Below are positions 16,830 to 24,269 of a stretch of DNA of 38,020 nt, one piece after another; position 1 is the first letter of the stretch; each line of letters begins with the position of its first letter. A model generated the notes under the pieces. It had not been told where the DNA came from. It searched no databases and saw nothing but the letters and a program-made list of their open reading frames with translations. Position numbers and translations under genes: made by a program. The stretch spans positions 1-38,020 of the forward strand of contig JBDRDZ010000037.1 of assembly GCA_043820165.1 (NCBI GenBank), given 5' to 3'. This stretch comes from Patescibacteria group bacterium (GTDB taxonomy: Bacteria; Patescibacteriota; Patescibacteriia; UBA9934).

Positions 16830-17891
16830 ATGACAGACAACACTGCAGAATATAAAAAATATGACACGCAGAACATTTGCGAAGCCAACGAATTGCTTCC
16901 CGAACAAGTGCGTGTTGCCTGGGATGGCACCCGAGAATTAAAAGTTCCAAAAAGTTATAGTCAGGTTAGAAATATTGTTTTTATTGGCATGGGTGGTTCT
17001 GGGCTCGGAGCTGATCTGATAAAAGGTTCGATATTTAGTCGACTGAAAGTGCCTTTTGAACTTTTCCGCGGTTACAATTTGCCAGGCTATGTTGATAAAA
17101 ATTCTTTAGTGATTCTTTCGAGTTTTTCCGGTTCCACGGAAGAAGTGCTCCACGCTTCTAAGGTGGCAAAGGAAAGAGGTGCTAAACGTTTTGTAATTGC
17201 CTCTGGCAGCAAGCTAGCAGCTTATGCTAAGCGTGAAAAAATTCCGTCATATATTTTTGTTCCAGGTGAACTTGCTAAGCAGCCGCGCTTAGGGCTAGGC
17301 TTTTCTGTCGTCGGCGTGCTCGGGTTTTTACAAAAAGCCGGGTTAGTCAAAATAAGTGCTAAAGAAGTGAAGGCAATGCAAGAAGCTATGAATGACGTTG
17401 TCGATAGTTGTGCGGTAGATGTTCATTCAAAAGAAAATCCAGCTAAGATTGTTGCCGAAGCGCTGATGCAAAGAGCGGTGTTAGTTGTTGGAGCTCAACA
17501 TTTAACTGGCAACGCTCACGTATTAACTAATCAAATTAACGAATCTGGGAAACAGTTTGCAATGTATCTAACTTTACCGGAGCTGAACCATCATTTTATG
17601 GAAGGTTTGACTTATCCAAAAAAGTTTTTCAGTCAGTTTACCGTGCTGATGATCAAGTCTAAACTGTATCATCCGCGGGTTCAAAAAAGATTTGATATTA
17701 CAGCTGAAGTTTTTGAAAATCAGGGCGGGGATGTAGTTGAGTACACAGCCAACGGTGAGACTTTGTTAGAAGAGATGGGAGAATTATTGCAGTTTGGGAG
17801 TTTTATGAGCTGCTACATGGCGGTATTGAATAAGGTTGATCCATATCACATTCCGTTTGTAGATTGGTTTAAAGAGAAGATGGGTAAGTAA
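16830..17891 (+). CDS. Bifunctional phosphoglucose/phosphomannose isomerase (SIS-domain, archaeal-type PGI/PMI)
   Basis: 353 aa. SIS motifs FIGMGGSGLGADL and SFSGSTEE. ELNHHFMEG region typical of the PGI/PMI family. Confidence 0.8.
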   Translation: MTDNTAEYKKYDTQNICEANELLPEQVRVAWDGTRELKVPKSYSQVRNIVFIGMGGSGLGADLIKGSIFSRLKVPFELFRGYNLPGYVDKNSLVILSSFSGSTEEVLHASKVAKERGAKRFVIASGSKLAAYAKREKIPSYIFVPGELAKQPRLGLGFSVVGVLGFLQKAGLVKISAKEVKAMQEAMNDVVDSCAVDVHSKENPAKIVAEALMQRAVLVVGAQHLTGNAHVLTNQINESGKQFAMYLTLPELNHHFMEGLTYPKKFFSQFTVLMIKSKLYHPRVQKRFDITAEVFENQGGDVVEYTANGETLLEEMGELLQFGSFMSCYMAVLNKVDPYHIPFVDWFKEKMGK

Positions 17892-17897
17892 AAAAAA

Positions 17898-17924
17898 GAA
17901 CGGGCCGCAAGGTCTGTTTTTTTG
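17898..17924 (+). terminator. Intrinsic terminator after the PGI/PMI gene
   Basis: aacgggcc-gcaa-ggtctgtt stem (with G-U pairs), followed by ttttttt. Confidence 0.6.
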
Positions 17925-17988
17925 TTTGAAAATAAGTATCGGCGACCCAGGACAGATGTCCCAGGCCGCCGATCGCGGTTGAAGGCCC

Positions 17989-19956
17989 CTACGGACCAAA
18001 GCGCCAGCTTCTCTGCTTGGACTTGCAGTGCTCCGGTTGTCTATCAGCCGGCTGCTCCAGACAGCTGTACACCTTGTATTTGGCCGAGATGCTCGTGATG
18101 GTGCCATAGCCACCGCCAGCACAGGCGAAGATGAACAGCAGGGCGACGGTTGCCCAAGTGACCCAGCTGATGGTCCGCAAGATCGCCTTGATCTTGAACT
18201 CTTCGGAAATCCGCCAGGCCCAGTGACGCATCATCTCCGCCAGGAGGCCAACGAGACCACCGATAACCACAGCTGCCATGGAACCAGCGATCCCCATATT
18301 GAAGTAGTAGACGCAGGTGACCAGGATAGTCACGACGAAGCTGATGATCGTCCAGGTGGTGCCCAACATGGCCATACCTTCGACTCGTTTTGGCGTCACG
18401 GCTGGTGTGGTCGATGACGACGAAGGTGCGGTCGCCACTTCCGGAGTACCAGGCAGCAGTTCGCGCATACCCTTGATGACCTTGATGGCCAGTTCGGCCA
18501 CCATTTTGGCCTTCTCCATCTGGAGAACTGAAGCGATGAAGCGCAGTCCTCCTAGTATGGTGTTGTGCATCATGTCGAGCAGGGCGATCGAAAAGCGACT
18601 GATTAGCGTCGCGACCAAGCCAGCCAGGTGGATGATCCAAACGCCGAGCATGAGAGCGGCCCAGAGGCTGAAGTAGAGCTGGCCGTTGTAGACGTACCAG
18701 AACTGGCCAGTGATGCCGAACATCTGCTGTACCGGGTAGTTGACGAACAGCAGGATCAGAGTCGTCCCGGTCAACACCAGATAGCCACCGACGGCCAGCA
18801 CTAGCGAAACCACGAAGATGCTGACCCAGCTGATGATCACCGCTTTGGCAATATTCTTGACCCAGCCCCAAATGCTCGAAGCAAATTCTGGACCCATGGT
18901 CTTGACCTTACTGAGCAGGTCGGCCTTGTAGACCTTCCACTCAACTCGATCAACACTGGTGAACTTATCGTCGAAGGTGTCGAGCACCCCTTTGATGTGG
19001 AACCAGGCGCTGTCCTGCAGCGCTTCATCGTCGCGTCCGACGTGGCGGATCACGGCCAGAAACGGCCGGTATCGCTGCAGCGTCGTGTGGATAAGATCGA
19101 GCTCAACTACGGGCAAGGGCAGATTCTTGCGGTCCGCCTCAGCTACCTGCAGAATGGCTTCGAGCGCGTCGTTGTACTCATCTGGCGTCAGTTCGGGCAG
19201 GAACTCGACGACGTGTGGCTCGGCCAGTAGACCGGCGTGGTGAGCGTCCATGAGCGTGTTGGCTCGTGTTGGCTCGTTGATGATGTCACGAACTCGCAGG
19301 TCAAAGATGCCTTCGAGCACGGCCAGCGACTTGCGCTGTTCCGGAGTGATGACTCCGATCAGGGTCGGCGAGCTATGTGCTTCCGGCTCGGTCTTGATGA
19401 TACCAGCAGCGAATTCTGGTCCGAAGCAAATCGGGCAGATCGGTCGGTGCGGGTAGGTCTTGAACATGGTGTAGATGCTGCCGGTGAAGGCATTGTGCAC
19501 CTTGGCACCAGCACAACCATCCGTCTTGTGGATCGGATCGTACTCGTGATCACCGGTACAAGCCTTGCCAGGCTCGGTGATTTCTTGGTGAACCGGACTG
19601 CCGTCCTTGACTGATTCGAAAAGCTTGTCCTTGAGCTCCTTGCTCGTGAGGTCCTGACGCTTGAGCATGCGCTCAATGCCAGGAGCAATGGCTTTGATGC
19701 CGCCAGTCAGCGGTACTCTAATCAGTCCCGGGATAGCTGGCGTGGCCTTAATGGTCTCGCCAATTGTGGTCAAACCCACCGAGCGGATACTCGGATCCAT
19801 GGCGATCACCGCTTCGGCAATCCACCAGATCACCCCGCCCATCTTTTTGAGCTTGTTGACATCGGTATCGGCAATAGCTGTCTCGACCTTTTCCTGAATT
19901 TCGTGCTCGGCGACACCGCCGAAGATGCTGCCGAAGTTTGGGTTTCCATGGGCCAT
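17989..19956 (-). CDS. Hypothetical 655-aa polytopic membrane protein with Cys/His-motif N-terminal domain (GC-rich island)
   Basis: Long ORF with AAGGAGG 5 nt upstream of the ATG and strong G/C-ending codon bias. About 340-aa soluble N-terminal part containing GKACTGDHEYDPIHKTDGCAGAKVH and HRPICPICFG. Then about 6-7 hydrophobic helices, and a Ser/Thr/Pro linker (TPEVATAPSSSSTTPAVTP). No family recognised. Confidence 0.75.
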   Translation of the reverse strand: MAHGNPNFGSIFGGVAEHEIQEKVETAIADTDVNKLKKMGGVIWWIAEAVIAMDPSIRSVGLTTIGETIKATPAIPGLIRVPLTGGIKAIAPGIERMLKRQDLTSKELKDKLFESVKDGSPVHQEITEPGKACTGDHEYDPIHKTDGCAGAKVHNAFTGSIYTMFKTYPHRPICPICFGPEFAAGIIKTEPEAHSSPTLIGVITPEQRKSLAVLEGIFDLRVRDIINEPTRANTLMDAHHAGLLAEPHVVEFLPELTPDEYNDALEAILQVAEADRKNLPLPVVELDLIHTTLQRYRPFLAVIRHVGRDDEALQDSAWFHIKGVLDTFDDKFTSVDRVEWKVYKADLLSKVKTMGPEFASSIWGWVKNIAKAVIISWVSIFVVSLVLAVGGYLVLTGTTLILLFVNYPVQQMFGITGQFWYVYNGQLYFSLWAALMLGVWIIHLAGLVATLISRFSIALLDMMHNTILGGLRFIASVLQMEKAKMVAELAIKVIKGMRELLPGTPEVATAPSSSSTTPAVTPKRVEGMAMLGTTWTIISFVVTILVTCVYYFNMGIAGSMAAVVIGGLVGLLAEMMRHWAWRISEEFKIKAILRTISWVTWATVALLFIFACAGGGYGTITSISAKYKVYSCLEQPADRQPEHCKSKQRSWRFGP

Positions 19957-20108
19957 GAGGCCTCCTTGTTTTCGAAAAGGGGTTTGGAATTGTGTAGGGG
20001 TTGTGTACGAGCGACAGCGGCCGCACCGTACGGTAGATGAAATGAACGCAAAAATTATGTTATTCAGGACCGACTACACAAAAGAAATTAGCCCTGAATT
20101 AACAGTCA

Positions 20109-20137
20109 ATATTATCATTATTTTAGCTAATTGTCAA
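20109..20137 (-). promoter_or_regulatory. Sigma70-like promoter for the 655-aa gene
   Basis: Minus strand reads TTGACA (20132..20137), 17 nt, TAATAT (20109..20114). Implies a 5' UTR of about 145 nt. Confidence 0.5.
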
Positions 20138-20261
20138 TGAAAAGTACTTACAGCGCAAAGGTGCGGGTTTTTTACTTTTCTTTAGGTTTTTCCAAAGAAA
20201 AGTAGATACTGGCCGCTTTATGCTGCAAAAAGATAATCACGCCTAAAATAGGCGTATTTGC

Positions 20262-20290
20262 TTGACAAAAGGCCATTTTTGTGCTATATT
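20262..20290 (+). promoter_or_regulatory. Sigma70-like promoter for the 259-aa secreted-protein gene
   Basis: TTGACA (20262..20267), 17 nt, TATATT (20285..20290). Shares TTGACAAA...GCTATATT with the tRNA-Leu promoter at 37885. Confidence 0.55.
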
Positions 20291-20390
20291 ATACAGTCAG
20301 TTTTGACCGTGGAAACCTGCTTTCAAAGGCGGGAATTCATGCGTTCTTCACATGAAATAGCGATCCATGAGTCGCTTTGCAGGAGATGCC

Positions 20391-21170
20391 ATGCATTGGT
20401 TTCTTTCTTGGTTCGCCATCCTCGTCGCCACCCCGGCTCTGGCTCAGAACCAGCCTAGCCACAAGAAGGACAGGATCGTCTGCGCCAACGTGCCGCCAGT
20501 TGTCATCACCCCGCGGGGCGGTGGCTTCCTCGGCATTCCCTACATCATGATCGGCAAGAAGGCCTGTCGCGAGGCCGAGGCTGATGTCATTCCCAGCGAG
20601 TCGGCGCCGTCATCTCTGCCCCAGGTGGCCGGGATCGACACCAACAAGCTGAGCTACAACGCCCTCGACCGTGCCCTCGGTCGTGAGCCGCGTGACCGCG
20701 CTGGTCAGATCGATCCGAGCGTCTGCTTCGAGGACGCACCGCCGGTCGGCTGGGAAGCGATTCCTGGTCCGCAGCGCCTGGTCGTGCAAAACAACACCGA
20801 CTCGGCGCTCGAGATTAAGGTTTTCACCCATCGCGGTGAGACCAAAGTCGAGACCGCGGTTGGCTTCGTCGGCTTCCCCGAGTTTGAAGGCTACCATTTG
20901 CCGACGCTCGTCGAAGGTCACGGTAGTGTGTTGCCGCCGCACACCACCTGCTACACCAGGCTGCCGACCAATCGCTCTGGCGTCTGGTCAGTGCAGGCCG
21001 AGCAGCTCGTGCACAGCGGTGACTTCGGCGAGTGGGTTCAGGACGGCGAGTCCTTCACCTATTCCGTGCCGCTCGTCGCCGATGGTTCGCAAAAGACCTA
21101 CGGCGTTCGCGATCGCGGCCAGCGTCAGTCGCTGATCGTCTTTCGCGCCAGCGTCTTCCGTACCCCTTGA
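20391..21170 (+). CDS. Hypothetical secreted protein (GC-rich island)
   Basis: Preferred start is M9 of the listed ORF (ATG 20391), preceded by AGGAG. Signal peptide MHWFLSWFAILVATPALAQ. GC-rich codon usage. No family recognised. Confidence 0.7.
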   Translation: MHWFLSWFAILVATPALAQNQPSHKKDRIVCANVPPVVITPRGGGFLGIPYIMIGKKACREAEADVIPSESAPSSLPQVAGIDTNKLSYNALDRALGREPRDRAGQIDPSVCFEDAPPVGWEAIPGPQRLVVQNNTDSALEIKVFTHRGETKVETAVGFVGFPEFEGYHLPTLVEGHGSVLPPHTTCYTRLPTNRSGVWSVQAEQLVHSGDFGEWVQDGESFTYSVPLVADGSQKTYGVRDRGQRQSLIVFRASVFRTP

Positions 21171-21185
21171 GCGCCTCGCGCTCTG

Positions 21186-21208
21186 CCCCCGTTGCCTAGC
21201 AGCGGGGG
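21186..21208 (+). terminator. GC-rich hairpin after the secreted-protein gene
   Basis: cccccgttgc-cta-gcagcggggg 10-bp stem. Only a weak T-tract follows (attgtgtttg). Confidence 0.5.
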
Positions 21209-21222
21209 ATTGTGTTTGTAAT

Positions 21223-21262
21223 AAAAAAAACACAGCTCGTGAAGAGCTGTGTTTTTGTTTTT
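21223..21262. terminator. Bidirectional intrinsic terminator at the island / pilin-array junction
   Basis: aaaaaaaa-cacagctc-gtgaa-gagctgtg-tttttgtttttttt. Perfect 8-bp stem with an A-run and a T-run. Confidence 0.85.
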
Positions 21263-21263
21263 T

Positions 21264-21665
21264 TTATGTAGTAAGTCCAGCGGTTTGCAATGCTGTGATA
21301 ACAAACTGTGAAACTGCGTAAGCACCCAAGGTGATGACCAAACCAATGATTCCGTTGATCATCCACTTTTTCGCTTTCTTCACCTGCTCGTCATTACCAC
21401 CAGCTGTCATCCAGAGAAATCCAGCGTAAAGGATGATGACAAGTAGAATGATACCCAGAAAGCCGAGAACGGCACTGATTAGCGTACCGATTAACTGCGG
21501 TAGAGTTGTTGTACCAAAACCGGCTCCGGTCGGCCCGGCAACAGTTCCGAGGTCTGTGGAAATGTCAATCTGAGCGTGTGCGCTCAAACCCCAAGCTCCA
21601 AGCCCCGCAATGACCATAAGGCCTACCAGGGCGGCGCGCGATAAATAATATTTTGCGTGGCTCAT
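21264..21665 (-). CDS. VirB2/TrbC-like 'T4SS pilin' family small membrane protein, paralog 1
   Basis: 133 aa. Signal peptide, variable segment, then LLVIILYAGFLWMTAGGNDEQVKKAKKWMINGIIGLVITLGAYAVSQFV (two TM helices joined by a basic loop). Confidence 0.75.
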   Translation of the reverse strand: MSHAKYYLSRAALVGLMVIAGLGAWGLSAHAQIDISTDLGTVAGPTGAGFGTTTLPQLIGTLISAVLGFLGIILLVIILYAGFLWMTAGGNDEQVKKAKKWMINGIIGLVITLGAYAVSQFVITALQTAGLTT

Positions 21666-21698
21666 AATTAAAGTTAATTAATTTTGAATATTTATATT

Positions 21699-22061
21699 TT
21701 ATTGAGCTGCTTGAATAGATGATACCACAAAGTCAGCAATGGCGTAAGCGGCAATTGTGATGACTAGTCCTATAGCCGCGTTCATGATCATCTTTTGAGC
21801 TTTTTGCAGTCGATCTTTATTGCCACCCGCAGTCATCCACATGAAACCGGCGTAAACGACCAATAACAGAAAAACAATACCAAGCGTTGACAGCAAAATT
21901 CTGATAACTACACCGATGGTTGTCAACAGATCCATGCCCTCGGCAGTGCCATAGACTTCAGTGCCGACAGTATCGACTTGAGACAAAAAATTCTGGCCGT
22001 GTGCTATTGCCGGCAGTGTCATGACGACAATTATTGCTATTGTCAAGAAAGTTCGTTTCAT
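21699..22061 (-). CDS. VirB2/TrbC-like pilin family protein, paralog 2
   Basis: 120 aa. Signal peptide, then LLLVVYAGFMWMTAGGNKDRLQKAQKMIMNAAIGLVITIAAYAIADFV. Confidence 0.75.
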   Translation of the reverse strand: MKRTFLTIAIIVVMTLPAIAHGQNFLSQVDTVGTEVYGTAEGMDLLTTIGVVIRILLSTLGIVFLLLVVYAGFMWMTAGGNKDRLQKAQKMIMNAAIGLVITIAAYAIADFVVSSIQAAQ

Positions 22062-22063
22062 AT

Positions 22064-22432
22064 TTATCCCGCTAGAGCCAAGAAGATGTACCTGGTTAGG
22101 CCATAAGCCAGCAAAACGATCACTAGACCAAGAAGCGAATTGGTAAGAATGCTTTTTGCTTTCTTAAGTGTTTCTTCTTTGCCACCGCCGGTCATCCAGA
22201 GTAATCCGCCGTAGATGATTAAGATGAGAAAGATGACGCCAACCAAACTAAACAGGGGATTAATGATTCTAGCACCGATATAAGTACCGAAAGCCGTGGT
22301 TGCTTCGTTAGTATCGTAGCCCGCTGTGTTGGCGGTTTCTTTTAAACCGATATCATCAGGAGAAATCTGCGCAAAAACAAAATTCATCGGTAGTAGAATT
22401 GATAGTAGAGTCAGGGCGAACAGTTTTCGCAT
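22064..22432 (-). CDS. VirB2/TrbC-like pilin family protein, paralog 3
   Basis: 122 aa. Signal peptide, then LILIIYGGLLWMTGGGKEETLKKAKSILTNSLLGLVIVLLAYGLTRYI. Confidence 0.75.
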   Translation of the reverse strand: MRKLFALTLLSILLPMNFVFAQISPDDIGLKETANTAGYDTNEATTAFGTYIGARIINPLFSLVGVIFLILIIYGGLLWMTGGGKEETLKKAKSILTNSLLGLVIVLLAYGLTRYIFLALAG

Positions 22433-22480
22433 AGCGGAAGGCCGGGAAAATTCCTAGCCAACCGTCATTCGAGAACCTAA

Positions 22481-22909
22481 TTAGTTTGAGGCTTCCAAAA
22501 GTGAGGAAACAACGAAACTGGTGATGGCGTATGCGGAAAGGATGATTGCCAAACCGATAACACCGGCAATCAAGAGCTTTCTGGCCTCGCCAACCTTCTC
22601 GTCGTTGCCACCAGCGGTCATCCACTTGAAACCGCCCCAGAGAACGATAACCACAGCGACAATTCCGAGAAAGCCGAGCACGATATTGATAATATTACCA
22701 ATAGTGCTTTGCAACTCAGCCGTACCAAGACCGGTCGCCGAAGCGAATGTCGGGTCGATGAGGTCGGCCTCGGTGAGACCATCGGCATCATCTGCAGTTT
22801 CGGCGTCCTCGTCAGCCGCGTAGACAAATGAGGTAGCAGCCACAAATGGCAATGCTAGCATTAGGCCGAGCGTGAGGCTAACGGCGATACGAAGTAATGT
22901 ATTAGACAT
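22481..22909 (-). CDS. VirB2/TrbC-like pilin family protein, paralog 4 (acidic N-terminal segment)
   Basis: 142 aa. Signal peptide, acidic stretch ADEDAETADDADGLTEADLIDP, then VVIVLWGGFKWMTAGGNDEKVGEARKLLIAGVIGLAIILSAYAITSFV. Confidence 0.75.
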   Translation of the reverse strand: MSNTLLRIAVSLTLGLMLALPFVAATSFVYAADEDAETADDADGLTEADLIDPTFASATGLGTAELQSTIGNIINIVLGFLGIVAVVIVLWGGFKWMTAGGNDEKVGEARKLLIAGVIGLAIILSAYAITSFVVSSLLEASN

Positions 22910-23005
22910 ACTTGCAAGTTATGAATTAAGTGATCACTTAGAACACATCCTACAGGCACTTTCGACAAGCGGAACGTAGCTGTGGGATAGGCTCTAAAAT
23001 AATGA

Positions 23006-23359
23006 TTATGGAGTTGGATTCGTTAGAACTTCTGGTGTGAGCAGCGCCTGGAAGATGGTATTGGTAATGACATACGCTGAGGTGATGACTACTATACCAA
23101 GAATCGCCCAAGTCAGCACTCTTTTTCCTTTGTCAATATTTTCCTGTCGGCCGTTGGCTGTCATCCAGATTAATCCGCCGTAAATAAACATGACCAAAGC
23201 GATCGTGCCAGAAATAGCCAGAACACCGGAAATGACGCGACCAATAATAACTCGGACGTCGGTGGTGCCCAGCGGATTCGTGAGCGTCACTTGGGCGGCC
23301 GCGATATATGGCACTAGAGCGCCAAAGAGTAATACTGCCAAAACTCGCAATCGTTTCAT
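23006..23359 (-). CDS. VirB2/TrbC-like pilin family protein, paralog 5
   Basis: 117 aa. Signal peptide, then LVMFIYGGLIWMTANGRQENIDKGKRVLTWAILGIVVITSAYVITNTI. Confidence 0.7.
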   Translation of the reverse strand: MKRLRVLAVLLFGALVPYIAAAQVTLTNPLGTTDVRVIIGRVISGVLAISGTIALVMFIYGGLIWMTANGRQENIDKGKRVLTWAILGIVVITSAYVITNTIFQALLTPEVLTNPTP

Positions 23360-23420
23360 ACGTCAAAATTATAGCACGAAAGCGGAAAAAGACCCTGTTG
23401 ATTGATTTATAATCAAATAT

Positions 23421-24131
23421 TTACGGACCAGGAGTCGGGTTATTGGTTTCAAAAGGCACATCAAAATCACGAGTTTCAGGAACTGGATCTGGGAAAATAC
23501 AGTCGCCAAGGCTGAGCGGGCTTCCGGGCGAGTTAGGGTCAATGCCGTAGTAGTGGCAGATTTCATTACTACTACAAGATACTAACTCTCCGGTCGCAGG
23601 ATCTGTTCGCGCACAATAGCCTGATCGGGGTGAAGAAGGTGCAGTGTCGTCTTGACCTCTAATGACATCTTCGAGATCTCCAGTTGGAATATTACCAGTT
23701 TTGAGTACGGAGATTAGCAGGGTTACGCCGGTGTAGGCAAAAAAGACAATTAAAATTCCAATAACTGCACCGACCATGGTTTTTTTACCTTCATCGATAC
23801 GATTTGGATTGCCAAGCGAGGTCAACCAAGTGACGCCGCCAAAGACGAACATGGCAACAAGAATGCTACCACTGATAGCTAGAATAAAAGTACCGATGTT
23901 GACCATGATCTGCAGAATATTCTCGAGTTCGCAGCGGCCTTGGTCGCGGCAAGCGCATGGCGTTCCTCGACTGGCACAAATACCAGCAAAAATAATGCCT
24001 TGCTCTTGTATTTTAGCAAAGGTAGAAACATCGTTTTGCGCTTGCGCTTGGTGAGGTGTTAGTCCGAAAAAACCTCCAGCCAAGACCAAAACGATTAATG
24101 ATATTTTTAGGCTAAACCTCCAAGAATGCAT
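23421..24131 (-). CDS. Divergent pilin-family paralog 6 with Cys-rich N-terminal segment and about 90-aa C-terminal extension
   Basis: 236 aa. Signal peptide, then AGICASRGTPCACRDQGRCELENI. Degenerate core VAMFVFGGVTWLTSLGNPNRIDEGKKTMVGAVIGILIVFFAYTGV. Then a Cys/Pro-rich tail (SGYCARTDPATGELVSCSSNEICHYYGIDPNSPG...GDCIFPDP). Confidence 0.65.
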   Translation of the reverse strand: MHSWRFSLKISLIVLVLAGGFFGLTPHQAQAQNDVSTFAKIQEQGIIFAGICASRGTPCACRDQGRCELENILQIMVNIGTFILAISGSILVAMFVFGGVTWLTSLGNPNRIDEGKKTMVGAVIGILIVFFAYTGVTLLISVLKTGNIPTGDLEDVIRGQDDTAPSSPRSGYCARTDPATGELVSCSSNEICHYYGIDPNSPGSPLSLGDCIFPDPVPETRDFDVPFETNNPTPGP

Positions 24132-24167
24132 ATTTGTATTTGGTGATTATCAGAACAACTTAATGAT

Positions 24168-24176
24168 ATTGTACCA
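24168..24176 (-). promoter_or_regulatory. Extended -10 element (TGgTACAAT) upstream of the pilin array
   Basis: Minus strand reads tttGGTACAAT about 35 nt upstream of the paralog-6 ATG. The -35 is weak. Confidence 0.35.
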
Positions 24177-24269
24177 AACAGAGAAGTTATTTTTTGACGG
24201 ACTGATAAGTACGTTGAAAAAATAACGGGGTTCTGTGAGGCACAAGATCGTTAATTTTCTGGCAATCAA

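Noticed and set aside
18028-21135. Many long alternative-frame or antisense ORFs: 18044..18871 (275 aa), 18028..18417, 18317..18676, 19237..19614, 19359..19688, 20610..20942, 20671..21135 and others
   Set aside because: They occur only where GC is high. Their products are Arg/Pro/Ala/Ser-rich and low in complexity, with no SD. This is the expected stop-codon depletion of GC-rich DNA. The 655-aa and 259-aa frames have the SDs and the signal and TM features.
21264-24131. CRISPR-like or non-coding tandem repeat explanation for the recurring sequence blocks
   Set aside because: The recurrence is at protein level: the WMTAGGN core sits within intact ORFs that have signal peptides. Spacing is irregular and there are no short identical direct repeats, so this is gene paralogy rather than a CRISPR array. 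No CRISPR array was seen anywhere in the window.
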